A DNA stretch of 63,140 bases, counting the filler, from Asterionella formosa (Eukaryota): assembly GCA_002256025.1 (NCBI GenBank). It is 10 parts of 10 records of this genome, joined end to end, with 100 filler letters (N's around TTAATTAATTAA, not from the genome) between each part and the next. Parts side by side here need not be neighbours in the genome. Positions count along the whole stretch, not along the records: positions 25,147 to 50,184 come from NKIB01002091.1; 9 more parts are not named here. One strand, written 5' to 3'. Under the pieces are notes generated by a model. It saw nothing but the letters and a program-made list of their open reading frames with translations. It was not told the origin of the DNA and ran no database searches. Every line of letters starts with the position of its first letter. Position 1 is the stretch's first letter. Position numbers and translations under genes: made by a program. Shown here one piece after another: positions 38,640 to 50,284 of this stretch.

Positions 38640-39600
38640 GTCAGCCAACCTTGGCCACATTTTAGACTTAATTAAGCTACCGGTAATACATGTACGGCGA
38701 GCTTAAGTCTGAAATGTGGCCAAGATTGGCTGAAAGATGAAGAAGTGGAAAATTGTGAAGTAACAATAATAATGCGGTAATATTTTTGGAGTTTTAGCAT
38801 TGGTATATATTTACGTAGAAAGGTCATGTAGTTCAATCATGATGAACCTAGACAAAACTACTCATACATACAAAGGATTGTAACAATGATGGGCTGAGCT
38901 TGATTCAAGCAACAATTACTCTACTGCTAACTGGTATGTTTTGCTGCGCTTTTCCACAGTGCTGTTGACCTCAAAGTATGCCAATGTTGTGCCATGAGTG
39001 CTGCCATTTTGCAGAAATAAATCTAAGAGATGTCTGTATTCAAATGCAGCTAGTGGAAACGACAATCAAAAAGTTGATGCAAGCACCCTCTTCATCCAAC
39101 AACCAACAAGTGTTGAAATGGAAATTTCAGCCACCAAAGCATCAAATGCAAGCTAGCTATCACAAGCGCCACAACAGCAATGTACAACATATACAAAATC
39201 AAGAACAAGAGGACTGTTTTCAGTACATACAAGTGACAACAAGCGCCCACAACAAGCAACAAGCATGCAAGCAACGAAGTGACAATGATACCAGAAGATC
39301 TCATTGCCAAGAACCAACACAAGGCATTATGAGCTCCACAACAGCAATGACATCTACGAAATCAAGAATAAGACTGTTTTCACAAGACACAAACGCCCAA
39401 AACAAACAGCAACCAACAAGCACAAAGGTACCGGATGATCTCACTGCTAAGAACCAACACAAGGCATAATGACAATCACATCTACGATTGCATTAAGAAA
39501 TACATTGTTAGCATAACATAACACTACTCCATTACATTTTAGCTTCAATGGCGATTTGATTGTTTGATTGATTCTCGAGTAGAAATAGTACAGCTTTTCT
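38640..39600. repeat. Dispersed non-coding repeat family A, copy 2 (inverted relative to copy 1)
   Basis: Reverse-complement similarity to 23040-24140. Confidence 0.65.
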
Positions 39601-42206
39601 AGCAAATATGACATGATACCGTCACACCACGATACATGAAAAATACGCCATCAAACAATGAGAAGAACACGAAACAATCTATTCGCTTGGTTTTGACTAA
39701 CTTCGAGAGTAAACAATAATTCAAAGATCATCTCAAGCACATCCCCAAGCATGAATTCTAACAAAACATTAGATCGTCTTTACATAAATGAAAGCAATCG
39801 TGACATATCAAGAGAACGGTCGTGTCTGGCTGGTGTAAATTTATAACACAAGATCGTCTTTGCATTGTTGAAGCCAATCATGTGATGCATCAAGAAAACG
39901 AGCGTGTTAGGTGTCAATTTGTATGCAATAATTTGACATCAAATGGTCAAGAGGCATGAAATCATGAAACAATGGGGGTCAAACACAAGGCCCTTGAAGC
40001 AATCATATTAACATTTCTAACACTAGTGCTGCTGCTAACCCTGACCCTGTCCCTCTTCCCTCCTCTTGCGTGGAATTTCTACACAGCAGAGCGAAATCAT
40101 GCTGATACTGGGGTGGGAAAAATGATCTTCTCTGCTCTATTGCTAACAGTCGGCAACCAGCCTGATCAAGTGCTGTTCTGACAGGTAATGTCCACTGTTT
40201 CCATGGGTGGATGCAATATTTGGGGCCACCGCCGGGTAGACCCTGTAGGCCTACTAATAGTATTAGCATAAACCCTAAACCTATGGTATATAATATTTTG
40301 CGCCTGGATTGGCATGTTATAATCACATCCACCATGTTGTTATTATTCTGTTGCTTTACTCAACAATAGAACATCCTCCCATGCCGCTTCAAATAGCTTT
40401 CTTTCCTTCATGAGTAGCGCTACTAGTATCAAACACTGTTGGGCATGGAGATTCACGCCTTCATGACCAATGGTTTCACATTCTTGAGCTTGATAGTGGG
40501 CAAGCTGGAGTTGAAACTGTACTGGAATGTCTCAAATAAGATCATACAGTAGTTGCAATGAAGATACAACAACGATTTCACACCCATCACTGTACAATGG
40601 ACTTTGATTTCATGTTTGTCATGAATGAATGCAACAACGTGGACAGCAAGAAGATTGTGGATGCATGTGTACATTAAATTTATTTATATTTATGTTATTT
40701 ATCTAGAACATTTCACTTAAGCTAAAATTATGTTATGCTGGTAGCCAGAATTATTTTGTACCGGTAGCAATGATGGCTCCCCAATTTAGTTTCATGGTGC
40801 ATCCAGCCATATTTAGCTTGTAGCACGCACGGATATACTAAATAACTGATAAACTCATATGTACACAAATGCTATTAATTCTAATTACTGGTAGTCTAAC
40901 ATATTGCTTACCACACCGAAAAAAACTCATGACTCAATTTCTTCCGAAAACTGTTCTTGGCCATTCCTTGCCATATCAGAAAGTTTTCTGGGTTGTGATT
41001 TCCCAAAACTCACAATAGATGATTTTCTTTTGAAACTTACCGTACCAGTAGGCCTGTTTGGGAAATTGATTTCACATCCAATGCACTAGAAAGAATAACA
41101 ATTATAATAGAATTTTAGGGCCTAAGATATTTCATAAGGTACCTGGTACCCAGGTCGGTGCCAGTATCTGGTACCTCCTGGCACCCCCCAGGAGCAAGGA
41201 GCTTGTACCAGGGTACAATAATGCCTTACCAGTTACCATCACCAAGTACCCGGTACTCCTCCCACCAAGAATAACAGACTAGAAAATACAACATGTGGTT
41301 AATAAACATGAATAGATTTCGAGAGCAATGGGTCTTCGCGTCCTTCAGACAAGTGTGCACCGCTATTCGGGAACCATTGTTAGTCGCGCAACGCACATAC
41401 TACCGGTAATTGAAAATATATAGCTAAGATACTGGTAGTCTGTTGTTGTATCACCAATTAGTGCCTCGTGACTGCATCATAGATACATGGGCACATGGTA
41501 TATACCAGCTACTAAATAATCGCCATATGTAGAGCGGCCCCTACGAACTCCCTGATGATTCTTGGGAGGTCCGGGAAAGGATATTATATTTTCTGTGCAT
41601 AAAGTCAGCAAAGTTTCTAATTTCCTGTACCATGGTACCGTACCTTGGTACCTACAGGTACCGGTACATTTATATTGATATCACTATCAGGTACTCGGAG
41701 TACAAGGTGAACCAGGTATGATATCCCGGTATCTTATGTAAATAATGGTGATGTGTGATTTGTAACGGTAATCTTGTTCGTGACAAAATTGCAATGTATC
41801 CAATCAGTTCCATTCCCGGTATCGAATATTTCGTAAGCGTGTACTAGATATATTTATAGGCATATGTAGAGTACCTCTATGTAATTAGTGCGAAACGGAT
41901 GATGGATACAACTACCGGTATAGTACCCACTCATAGTATCTTTAGCTGAAATTTTGTTGGAAACGGTCCAAGGTGCGGTCATTGCATATCGTATAATTAT
42001 CATTCATTTGATATCCTTCTCTGCCGCTGCGACAGGATTTTCCAAAACACGACCACGACCACCTTGAAACTCAAAGCACCACATTCATTGAACAAGTTTG
42101 GAGGTAAGCAGCATAAGCATGGCGTTCAAGGTACTACGAGCGTAACTCTGCGTGAACGTCGTTGGTGGATCTCAGCTGACACAAACATGCTTGCGCCTTT
42201 GAATAG

Positions 42207-45206
42207 ATGAAGGCATCTTACATTGCGATCGGCTTGATTGCGAGGTTCGCTGCTGTAGCAGCGGACCAGTGCGACAACCAGATGGCGGTTCTGCAAGCTG
42301 CTGTCGATTTGGGTACCAATTGTGATTCCACGAACCCTTCTGCAGACATTGCGGTTTGCTTGCAACCCTTGCCTCTGAGAGAAGGTGCGCAGCTGTATCA
42401 AGACTGCTGTGCCTGTAACCAGGTGAGCTGCGAACAAGTAGCCGCTGCTCTGTTCACGGAACAAGGGGGCTCTGTTGAGGGCATGTGTAATGCCATGATC
42501 GATGGATCGAACTGGTGCGTCACCCAACACAGCTTTGGACCGAAAACTCTAATGGATTGCTGCCCCGGCGCTTGCCAAGATCCTTGCGTGCTCTATGCAT
42601 CGCAGAAATTTGAGAGCCCCAGCGTGCACAAAATGTGTCTTGAAGTGGCATCGTCCAGTTTCAATAGCAAGGACCACTGTGGAGAAATGCTTCCTTCGTC
42701 CTTGACTGGCCGAACACTGGCTGAGTGTTGCCCAATTGCATGCCACGACACTTGCGAGAATTATGCGCGTGATCACTACTCCGACGGAACGATGGAATCC
42801 ATGTGCAATGATATTTTACAATCGGGTGGAAGTGATCACGAGTTGTGCAAACAGAGGATGGCCTCCAACAGTCCCATGGTTGGAAAAGATTGCTGTCCTG
42901 AAGCATGCAGCTCCCCTTGTGAGAAGTTTGCCCAAGAGCATTTTCAAAATCAAACTGTTCACCAAATGTGTCTTGACATTGAGGCTTATGGTGGATATAG
43001 ACACGGTGCTTGTGCAGAAAAGGTTGTCGGAGACGCTACTGTGGCCGAGGAGTGTTGCGTTGAATCTTGTGGCAGTCCTTGTGCTACCTACGCCCATGAC
43101 CATTTCGACGGACACTCGGTTGACGACATGTGCAGCGCCATTGCAACTGTTGGCCACGAACATGAAACTTGTAACGCTCAAATCGGAGATACCACTCAAA
43201 CAATTGGCAAGGACTGCTGCGTCGAAGCTTGCACGAGTCCTTGTGAAGCCTACGCTAAACAGAACTTTAACGGTGAAACAGTTCACGCTATGTGTCTGGA
43301 AATTGAAAATGCTGGTGGTTCCCATCACGAATCTTGTGCGGCACCGATTGGTGGATCGACACTATCGGCTGAGTGCTGCCCCATGGCTTGCCGAACTACG
43401 TGCGAGATTTTCGCATCCAACCACTTTCAAAAGAACAGCGTGGACGAAATGTGTCAGGTAATTGCAGACAATGGAGGGCACACCAATGATGTCTGCCAAC
43501 AAACAGCTGGAGTGCATACTCATATCCTTGGAAAGGATTGCTGTCCATCCCAGTGTCGTGACTCTTGTGAAAATTACGCTTTCAATAATTTCAACGGGGC
43601 CAGCGTTCATAGTATGTGTCTTGCGACCCAAGATGCTGCTCACGGTCAATGTGAGAATGATGTCGGCGATGGCAAGAAACTTAAGGATTGCTGCCCTGTT
43701 GGTTGCCGCGATGATTGCGAAAATCATGCGATTGATCATTTTGGAAAAAATTCCGTTGATGAAATGTGCGACGTGATTCAAAATAGCGGCGGAAGTGAGC
43801 ATGAATCTTGTGGCACACTTCAAGGGGCCAAGACTCCTACCTTGGGGTCTGATTGCTGCCCAATGGCCTGCCGCCCACCCTGCGAAGCTTATGCCAACGA
43901 GAACTTCGACAAGAAGAATATTGATGGTATGTGCAACGATATTCAATCCAATGGTGGCCATCAGCATGCGGCTTGTAAAGCTCAGGTCAAGGACTCGACT
44001 GTCGGGGAGCAGTGTTGCCGAGAAGCATGCGAACAGAGCCCTTGTGAAGCGTTTGCGGTTGATCGATTCCAAGTGGAGTCGGTTTCAGAAATGTGTGCAA
44101 GGATTGTAGACTCTGGTGGTTTTGAGAATGACGCATGCTCCGCAGACGTTGGCGAATTTAAAGTGCGTGAGGAGTGCTGTGTCGAGGCTTGTCGCACGCC
44201 TTGCGAAAAGTACGCATTTGAAAACTTCAATAGTGGCACCACAGTGGATGACATGTGCAATCAAATTGAAGGTGCAGGAGGATACCAGAGTGATCGCTGC
44301 TCGGCAGCTGTTGGGAATTCAACTGTGTCGGAAAAATGCTGCACTGCATCATGTCGTAAGCCATGCGAGAAGCATGCTTATGAATTCTTTGGAGGTTCCA
44401 CAGTTACTGATATGTGCATCGCCATTAAAGACAATGGCGGCCATGACAACAGTGCTTGCAATGACATGGTTGGATACGGGGATAATACTCAAATTGGCCA
44501 GACATGTTGCCCTGAGTCTTGTCGTACGGGCTGCGAGACGCACGCTTTCGAAAACTTTGGGGGCGCCAGTGTTGACGGCATGTGCCAAGCTATTCAAGAT
44601 GCGGGTGGCCACGAGAATGAGCATTGTACGCATGAAGTGGACGGTGTTGCGATAAGTACAAGTTGCTGTGTCAAAGCTTGCCGCAGTCCGTGCGAACAGT
44701 ATGCTTGGGATCACTTCGGCGACGTAGTGCCGGGAATGTGTTTTACTATTACAAAGATTGGTGGTTGGCAAGTGGATCATTGTTCAGCAGCAATCGGAAG
44801 TTCCACCTTGAACAAGGAATGCTGTGTTCAAGAGTGTTACAAGCCCTGTGAGAGTTATGGTTTCGAGCACTTCAACAATGCCGATGTCGATGAAATGTGT
44901 CTTAGCATCAAAAACTCTGGCGGACACGATAATATCGCCTGTGGAGATAACACTGTGAAACAAACATGTTGTGTTGATGCCTGTCGGGAGCCTTGTGAAG
45001 CCTACGCATTTGAGCGCTTTAATGGGGTTACTACTGACCAAATGTGCACAGAGATTAAGGAGGCTGGTGGTAGCTCGAATCCTGCCTGCAATGATAGTGT
45101 TGGCTCATCTACAGTTGGCGAAGCGTGCTGTCAGACTTGCGCTGAGGTTGAAGATTCCTGGCGTCGAAATCGACGTCTACGAAGTCGGGCGGGATCCTTT
45201 CTCTGA
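42207..45206 (+). CDS. Secreted Cys-rich protein with 17 tandem ~53-aa six-Cys repeats (paralog 1)
   Basis: 999-aa ORF with signal-peptide-like MKASYIAIGLIARFAAVAA and repeat CExYAxxxF-x4-VxxMC-xx-I-xxx-GG-x5-C-x9/13-CC-xxx-C. Ends RRNRRLRSRAGSFL. Probable 5' UTR intron (GTAAGC at 42104 to AG at 42206). Confidence 0.88.
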   Translation: MKASYIAIGLIARFAAVAADQCDNQMAVLQAAVDLGTNCDSTNPSADIAVCLQPLPLREGAQLYQDCCACNQVSCEQVAAALFTEQGGSVEGMCNAMIDGSNWCVTQHSFGPKTLMDCCPGACQDPCVLYASQKFESPSVHKMCLEVASSSFNSKDHCGEMLPSSLTGRTLAECCPIACHDTCENYARDHYSDGTMESMCNDILQSGGSDHELCKQRMASNSPMVGKDCCPEACSSPCEKFAQEHFQNQTVHQMCLDIEAYGGYRHGACAEKVVGDATVAEECCVESCGSPCATYAHDHFDGHSVDDMCSAIATVGHEHETCNAQIGDTTQTIGKDCCVEACTSPCEAYAKQNFNGETVHAMCLEIENAGGSHHESCAAPIGGSTLSAECCPMACRTTCEIFASNHFQKNSVDEMCQVIADNGGHTNDVCQQTAGVHTHILGKDCCPSQCRDSCENYAFNNFNGASVHSMCLATQDAAHGQCENDVGDGKKLKDCCPVGCRDDCENHAIDHFGKNSVDEMCDVIQNSGGSEHESCGTLQGAKTPTLGSDCCPMACRPPCEAYANENFDKKNIDGMCNDIQSNGGHQHAACKAQVKDSTVGEQCCREACEQSPCEAFAVDRFQVESVSEMCARIVDSGGFENDACSADVGEFKVREECCVEACRTPCEKYAFENFNSGTTVDDMCNQIEGAGGYQSDRCSAAVGNSTVSEKCCTASCRKPCEKHAYEFFGGSTVTDMCIAIKDNGGHDNSACNDMVGYGDNTQIGQTCCPESCRTGCETHAFENFGGASVDGMCQAIQDAGGHENEHCTHEVDGVAISTSCCVKACRSPCEQYAWDHFGDVVPGMCFTITKIGGWQVDHCSAAIGSSTLNKECCVQECYKPCESYGFEHFNNADVDEMCLSIKNSGGHDNIACGDNTVKQTCCVDACREPCEAYAFERFNGVTTDQMCTEIKEAGGSSNPACNDSVGSSTVGEACCQTCAEVEDSWRRNRRLRSRAGSFL

Positions 45207-46623
45207 TATCAATAAACCAATGGCACTCCCACCAAAGTTGAATCAAGAGATGAAATCGTAGAGTAGCGACAGTTTGGCATTATAGGTTAGACTATAGTTT
45301 TCGATCTTATACTACAAATAGTTTTACGTACAGGCATCGTTTGTGGTTTTGACGATTCAAGGCATTCATACTCGTTCCATTATTGCGCATGCAATAGCAA
45401 TGAAATTTGCGAGGAATTGGAAATTGTTCGTCTATGTATGGCTCTATTACTGCTTGGTTTTTCGATTTTGGATTGAATGTATTCCAACTGCAGCAGCTAC
45501 ATACTTGCCAATGCGCAGATACAAGCATAAAAAGGAGAGAGAAACTATGAACGCAACAACAGGATGTATTTAGGGACCTCGGCACCCCATTCAGCGCAAT
45601 GGATTGATATCATGAATGGACATTGGAGATGACAGTATTTCTACCTCAAGCGTATTCCTACACCTTATAGATCTAAGCTAAATTATTCAGCACCCTTGCA
45701 GTATGATGCGGACCTCTGTGTGTGTTGATCTAAGCGTTGTTCTGTACTTTGCTTCACGGATGAAAATGTTGGGATTAACTATCACTTCTCGTAATATCCT
45801 TGATAACATTTTCATATTGAAACTGATATTTTCAACAATGTTGCCATCAAGGAAGAATACCGGTACCAACATGGATTCAAAGGGTAATCAATCAGCAAGT
45901 ACAGTGTGCTTGAAATTCATAATAAAATCCCACCCGTCACATCGATGATGGTTGACTGGCATCGCGTTTGAGGACCTGTACCAAGCAAGTTGCTGTAATT
46001 TTGCAGAACTAAAGATTTAGCTTTTTTTATCCAAGATGAAACTGTTTCTTTGAGCAAAATGACCGCAACTTGTAGGTACCAGGTACCAGGTACCCAACAA
46101 TAAAGACACATCCTTGGCTGTTCTTACGTGCGTATTCATCGACTTTTAAAAGTAAAAATGTCTGTACCGCTATTTTATTTAGATTCTGGATGCATGTGTA
46201 CATTCTCATGTATAAAAACTGGTACCGGTACACAAAATGTATGGATGTTACCAGGTACTCCCTACCTGGTACCAGGGTACCAATTCAGATCTACTACTAC
46301 CGGTACATACAAGATTCATTCATTTATACTGTAAGAATAGCTGTCGTCCGGTGAAACAGTCATCGGCTGTTGCCTACATAGATACATATCATAAATACCG
46401 GCATACCACAGTCATAGTTTGGAATAATAGTTGGAGAAACTTGTTCACGAATTGCGAGGGACACACCTTCCATCAGACACATTTGTTGTTGGCAAACACA
46501 TATTGTTAGCGGCAAGATTCAACAATTTATTTCATGGTGCTTTTGATTCAGAAGGTATCCAATTGAATCTAACGTAGTCTACTGGTGTACCCTTCGTCCT
46601 GTTCAAACTTTGATAGATATAGA

Positions 46624-49600
46624 ATGAAGAAGCTTTCTATCGCGCTAGGCTTGATTGCAAACATCGCTGGCGCAGCAGCAAACCAATGTGAGAACCGGCT
46701 GGCAGTATTGAGAGCAGCAGTCGATTTAGGCACCAATTGTGATTCACTTGCGCCAAATCTAGATATTGCAAAGTGTCTTCAACCGTTGCCTCTGAGTGAT
46801 GCTGCGAAACTGTATCAAGACTGCTGCGCTTGTCCCCAGTTGACCTGCGAACAAGTAGCTGGAGCCATTTTCGCGGCCGAAGGAGGCACGGTTGACGCCA
46901 TGTGCAACGCCATGGTCGATGGATCCGACTGGTGTACGAACCAACGTAGTTTTGGACCCAAGACACTCATGGATTGTTGTCCTCAAGCATGCCAGGACCC
47001 TTGTGTGGTACATGCGACGACTAATTTTCAGGACCCCAGCGTGCACAAGATGTGTCTTCAAGTTGCCAGTGGCCATACCAAGGATTACTGTGGTCAATCC
47101 GTTGGGAACGGTGGTACACTGGCCGAGTGTTGCCCGGTTGCTTGCCGCGGAACTTGCGAAAATTATGCGCATGATCACTACGCCGAAGGGACGATTGAAG
47201 CCATGTGTGCTGATATTGAAAGGTCCGGTGGACACGAGCATGAGTTTTGTGGGAAGAGAGTTGCTTCCAACACGCACATGCTTGGAAAGGATTGCTGTCT
47301 GGAATCCTGCAGCAGCCCTTGTGAGAGGTATGCCAATGAGCATTTTCAAAATCAAACTGTTCACCAAATGTGTCTTGATATTGAAGAATATGGTGGATAC
47401 AGGCACAGTGCTTGTGCGGAAAAAGTTATTGGAGATGCTACTGTGGCCGAGGAATGTTGCATTGAATCTTGCAACAGTCCTTGTGTTAGCTACGCCATCG
47501 ACCATTTTAACGGAAAATCCGTTCAAGATATGTGTGGTGAAATAGCGAATGTTGGGCACGAACACGAAACTTGTAACGCTCAAATCGGGTTTAAGGCTAA
47601 TACTATTGGCAAGGACTGCTGCGTCGAAGCTTGCACGAGTCCTTGTGAAGCCTACGCTAAACAGAACTTTAACGGTGAAACAGTCCATAATATGTGTCTT
47701 GCCATTGACGGGGGTGGTGGCCACAATCATGTGGCTTGTGCTGCACCGATTGGTGGATCGACACTGTCGGCTGAGTGCTGCCCCATGGCTTGCCGAACTA
47801 CTTGCGAGATTTTCGCATCCAACCACTTTCAAAAGAACAGCGTGGACGAAATGTGTCAGGTAATTGCAGACAATGGAGGACACACCAACGAATTCTGTGC
47901 CGCAGCAGCTGGAGAACATACTCACATGCTTGGGAAGGATTGCTGTCCAGTACAGTGTAGGAATACTTGTGAGCATTATGCTTTTACCAATTTCGCAGGG
48001 GGTAGTGTTCATAAAATGTGCCTCGCCATTGAAGAAAACTCTAGTGAAACCTGTGAAGCAGATCTTGGAGACGGAAAACGTGGCAAAGACTGCTGCCCTA
48101 TTGCATGCCGCAACGCTTGTGAGAATCATGCGATAGATCATTTTGGAAAAAATTCCGTTGAAGAAATGTGCGACGAGATTCAAAATAGCGGCGGAAGTGA
48201 GCATGAATCTTGTGGCACACTTCAAGGGGCCAAGACTCCTACCTTGGGGTCTGATTGCTGCCCAATGGCCTGCCGCCCACCCTGCGAAGCTTATGCCAAC
48301 GAGAACTTCGACAATAAGAATGTTGATGGTATGTGCAACGATATTCAATCCAATGGTGGCCATCAGCATGCGGCTTGTAAAGCTCAGGTCAAGGACTCGA
48401 CTGTCGGGGAGCAGTGTTGCCGAGAAGCATGCGACCAGAGCCCTTGTGAAGCGTTTGCGGTTGATCGATTCCAAGTGGAGTCGGTTTCAGAAATGTGTGC
48501 AAGGATTGCAGACTCTGGTGGTTTTGAGAATGACGCATGCTCCGCAGACGTTGGCGAATTTAAAGTGCGTGAGGAGTGCTGTGTCGAGGCTTGTCGCACG
48601 CCTTGCGAAAAGTACGCATTCGAAAACTTCAACAGTGGCACAGTGGACGAATTGTGCAATCAAATTGAAGGTGCAGGAGGATACCAGAGTGATCGCTGCT
48701 CGGTAGTTGTTGGGAATTCAACTGTGTCGGAAAAATGCTGCATTGCATCATGTCGTAAACCATGCGAGAAGCATGCTTATGAATTCTTTGAAGGTTCCAC
48801 AGTTGCCGATATGTGTGCCGCCATAAAAAATAATGGAGGCCATGAAAACCTGGCTTGCAACGCCCTCGCTGCCGGTAATGTGAACGAAAAAGTCGGCGAA
48901 AAGTGTTGCCCTGAGTCTTGTCGTACTGGTTGCGAGACGCACGCTTTCGAAAACTTTGGAGGTGCCAGTGTTGATGGCATGTGCCAAGCTATTCAAGATG
49001 AAGGTGGCCACGAGAATGAGCATTGCATGCATGAAGTGGATGGTGTTGCTCTTGGACAAAGTTGCTGCGTGAATGCATGCAGCACTCCCTGCGAGCATTA
49101 TGCTCGTCAACACTTTGGTGGCGATTCCACACTAAGTGAAATGTGCGATATCATTGTAAAGATTGGTGGCTGGCAAGTGGATCACTGCTCGGCTGTAGTG
49201 GCCGAAGGACTTGCGTTCAACAAAGTATGCTGTGTTCATGAGTGCTTCAATCCATGTGAGAGTTATGCCTTCGATCATTATGCTAGTGCTGATGTTAATG
49301 ATATGTGCACTACAATTTCGAATGGCGGTGGTTATAAAAATAATGCTTGTTCTGCACAAGTTGGAAAAGATAATTTTCGTGATAAGTGTTGCATTGAGTC
49401 ATGTCACACTCCATGTGAGAAATATGCATCTGAGCAGTTCAATGGGGGGAAGGTTGAGACCATGTGCACCATCATTCAATATGGCCATGGCCATGACGAT
49501 GTGCACTGTGCTGGAATTGTGGAAGACTCAACTGTAGCTGCTACTTGTTGTGTTGAGCCATGTCGCTCACCCTGTGAAAAATATTCAATTGCACACTTCA

Positions 49601-49779
49601 ATGGGGCCACTGTTGCCCGCATGTGTTCGGAGATTAAAGAGGCTGGTGGTAACTCTAATCCTGCATGCAGTTCATTTGCTGGCACATCCACTGTAGGTGA
49701 TTCATGTTGTGTGGATGAATGCGCCCAGTTAGAGGATGCATCACGCTTCCGTAGACTTCGAAGGCACCATGTTGCTTAG
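46624..49779 (+). CDS. Secreted Cys-rich protein with 18 six-Cys repeats (paralog 2)
   Basis: ATG at 46624 gives MKKLSIALGLIANIAGAAA. Colinear with paralog 1 plus one extra repeat near the C-terminus. Ends SRFRRLRRHHVA. Confidence 0.88.
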   Translation: MKKLSIALGLIANIAGAAANQCENRLAVLRAAVDLGTNCDSLAPNLDIAKCLQPLPLSDAAKLYQDCCACPQLTCEQVAGAIFAAEGGTVDAMCNAMVDGSDWCTNQRSFGPKTLMDCCPQACQDPCVVHATTNFQDPSVHKMCLQVASGHTKDYCGQSVGNGGTLAECCPVACRGTCENYAHDHYAEGTIEAMCADIERSGGHEHEFCGKRVASNTHMLGKDCCLESCSSPCERYANEHFQNQTVHQMCLDIEEYGGYRHSACAEKVIGDATVAEECCIESCNSPCVSYAIDHFNGKSVQDMCGEIANVGHEHETCNAQIGFKANTIGKDCCVEACTSPCEAYAKQNFNGETVHNMCLAIDGGGGHNHVACAAPIGGSTLSAECCPMACRTTCEIFASNHFQKNSVDEMCQVIADNGGHTNEFCAAAAGEHTHMLGKDCCPVQCRNTCEHYAFTNFAGGSVHKMCLAIEENSSETCEADLGDGKRGKDCCPIACRNACENHAIDHFGKNSVEEMCDEIQNSGGSEHESCGTLQGAKTPTLGSDCCPMACRPPCEAYANENFDNKNVDGMCNDIQSNGGHQHAACKAQVKDSTVGEQCCREACDQSPCEAFAVDRFQVESVSEMCARIADSGGFENDACSADVGEFKVREECCVEACRTPCEKYAFENFNSGTVDELCNQIEGAGGYQSDRCSVVVGNSTVSEKCCIASCRKPCEKHAYEFFEGSTVADMCAAIKNNGGHENLACNALAAGNVNEKVGEKCCPESCRTGCETHAFENFGGASVDGMCQAIQDEGGHENEHCMHEVDGVALGQSCCVNACSTPCEHYARQHFGGDSTLSEMCDIIVKIGGWQVDHCSAVVAEGLAFNKVCCVHECFNPCESYAFDHYASADVNDMCTTISNGGGYKNNACSAQVGKDNFRDKCCIESCHTPCEKYASEQFNGGKVETMCTIIQYGHGHDDVHCAGIVEDSTVAATCCVEPCRSPCEKYSIAHFNGATVARMCSEIKEAGGNSNPACSSFAGTSTVGDSCCVDECAQLEDASRFRRLRRHHVA

Positions 49780-50284
49780 GCCATCAAGCATTCCGATTTA
49801 TTTTATGATGGCATTTCTCAGAAAAGGTAATTAATTTTTTTGGGGTACCTAGTTCTTCCTCTGGGTGTTCGCAGTTGTGGTGATTTGCAATGAATCCAGT
49901 GCTGAGCAGCTTTCATTTGGATGGTATACATAGATATAATTCATTTTTCTATGTGTGGGTTGCCTTACTCAAAGACATCCTTTTTTGAGTGACATAGATG
50001 TGAGTATAAACTCTCAGTTTCCAATTGAATTATTAGCATCAAAATACTGGTAGATTAGTTGAAATCAGTCGAACAAAATCGGCAAATACAATCAAAGTAT
50101 GCTTTATTGACAATTGATCCACATTGATCTATGTAAAGTTGCATTGGAGTCCCTAAATGGGCCCCAAGGGATTGATGAATGAGGNNNNNNNNNNNNNNNN
50201 NNNNNNNNNNNNNNNNNNNNNNNNNNNNTTAATTAATTAANNNNNNNNNNNNNNNNNNNNNNNNNNNNNNNNNNNNNNNNNNNN

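Noticed and set aside
46759..48474. 571-aa antisense ORF and other long shadow ORFs over the Cys-rich genes and ODC
   Set aside because: They are explained by codon and amino-acid bias of the sense gene and carry no recognisable motifs.
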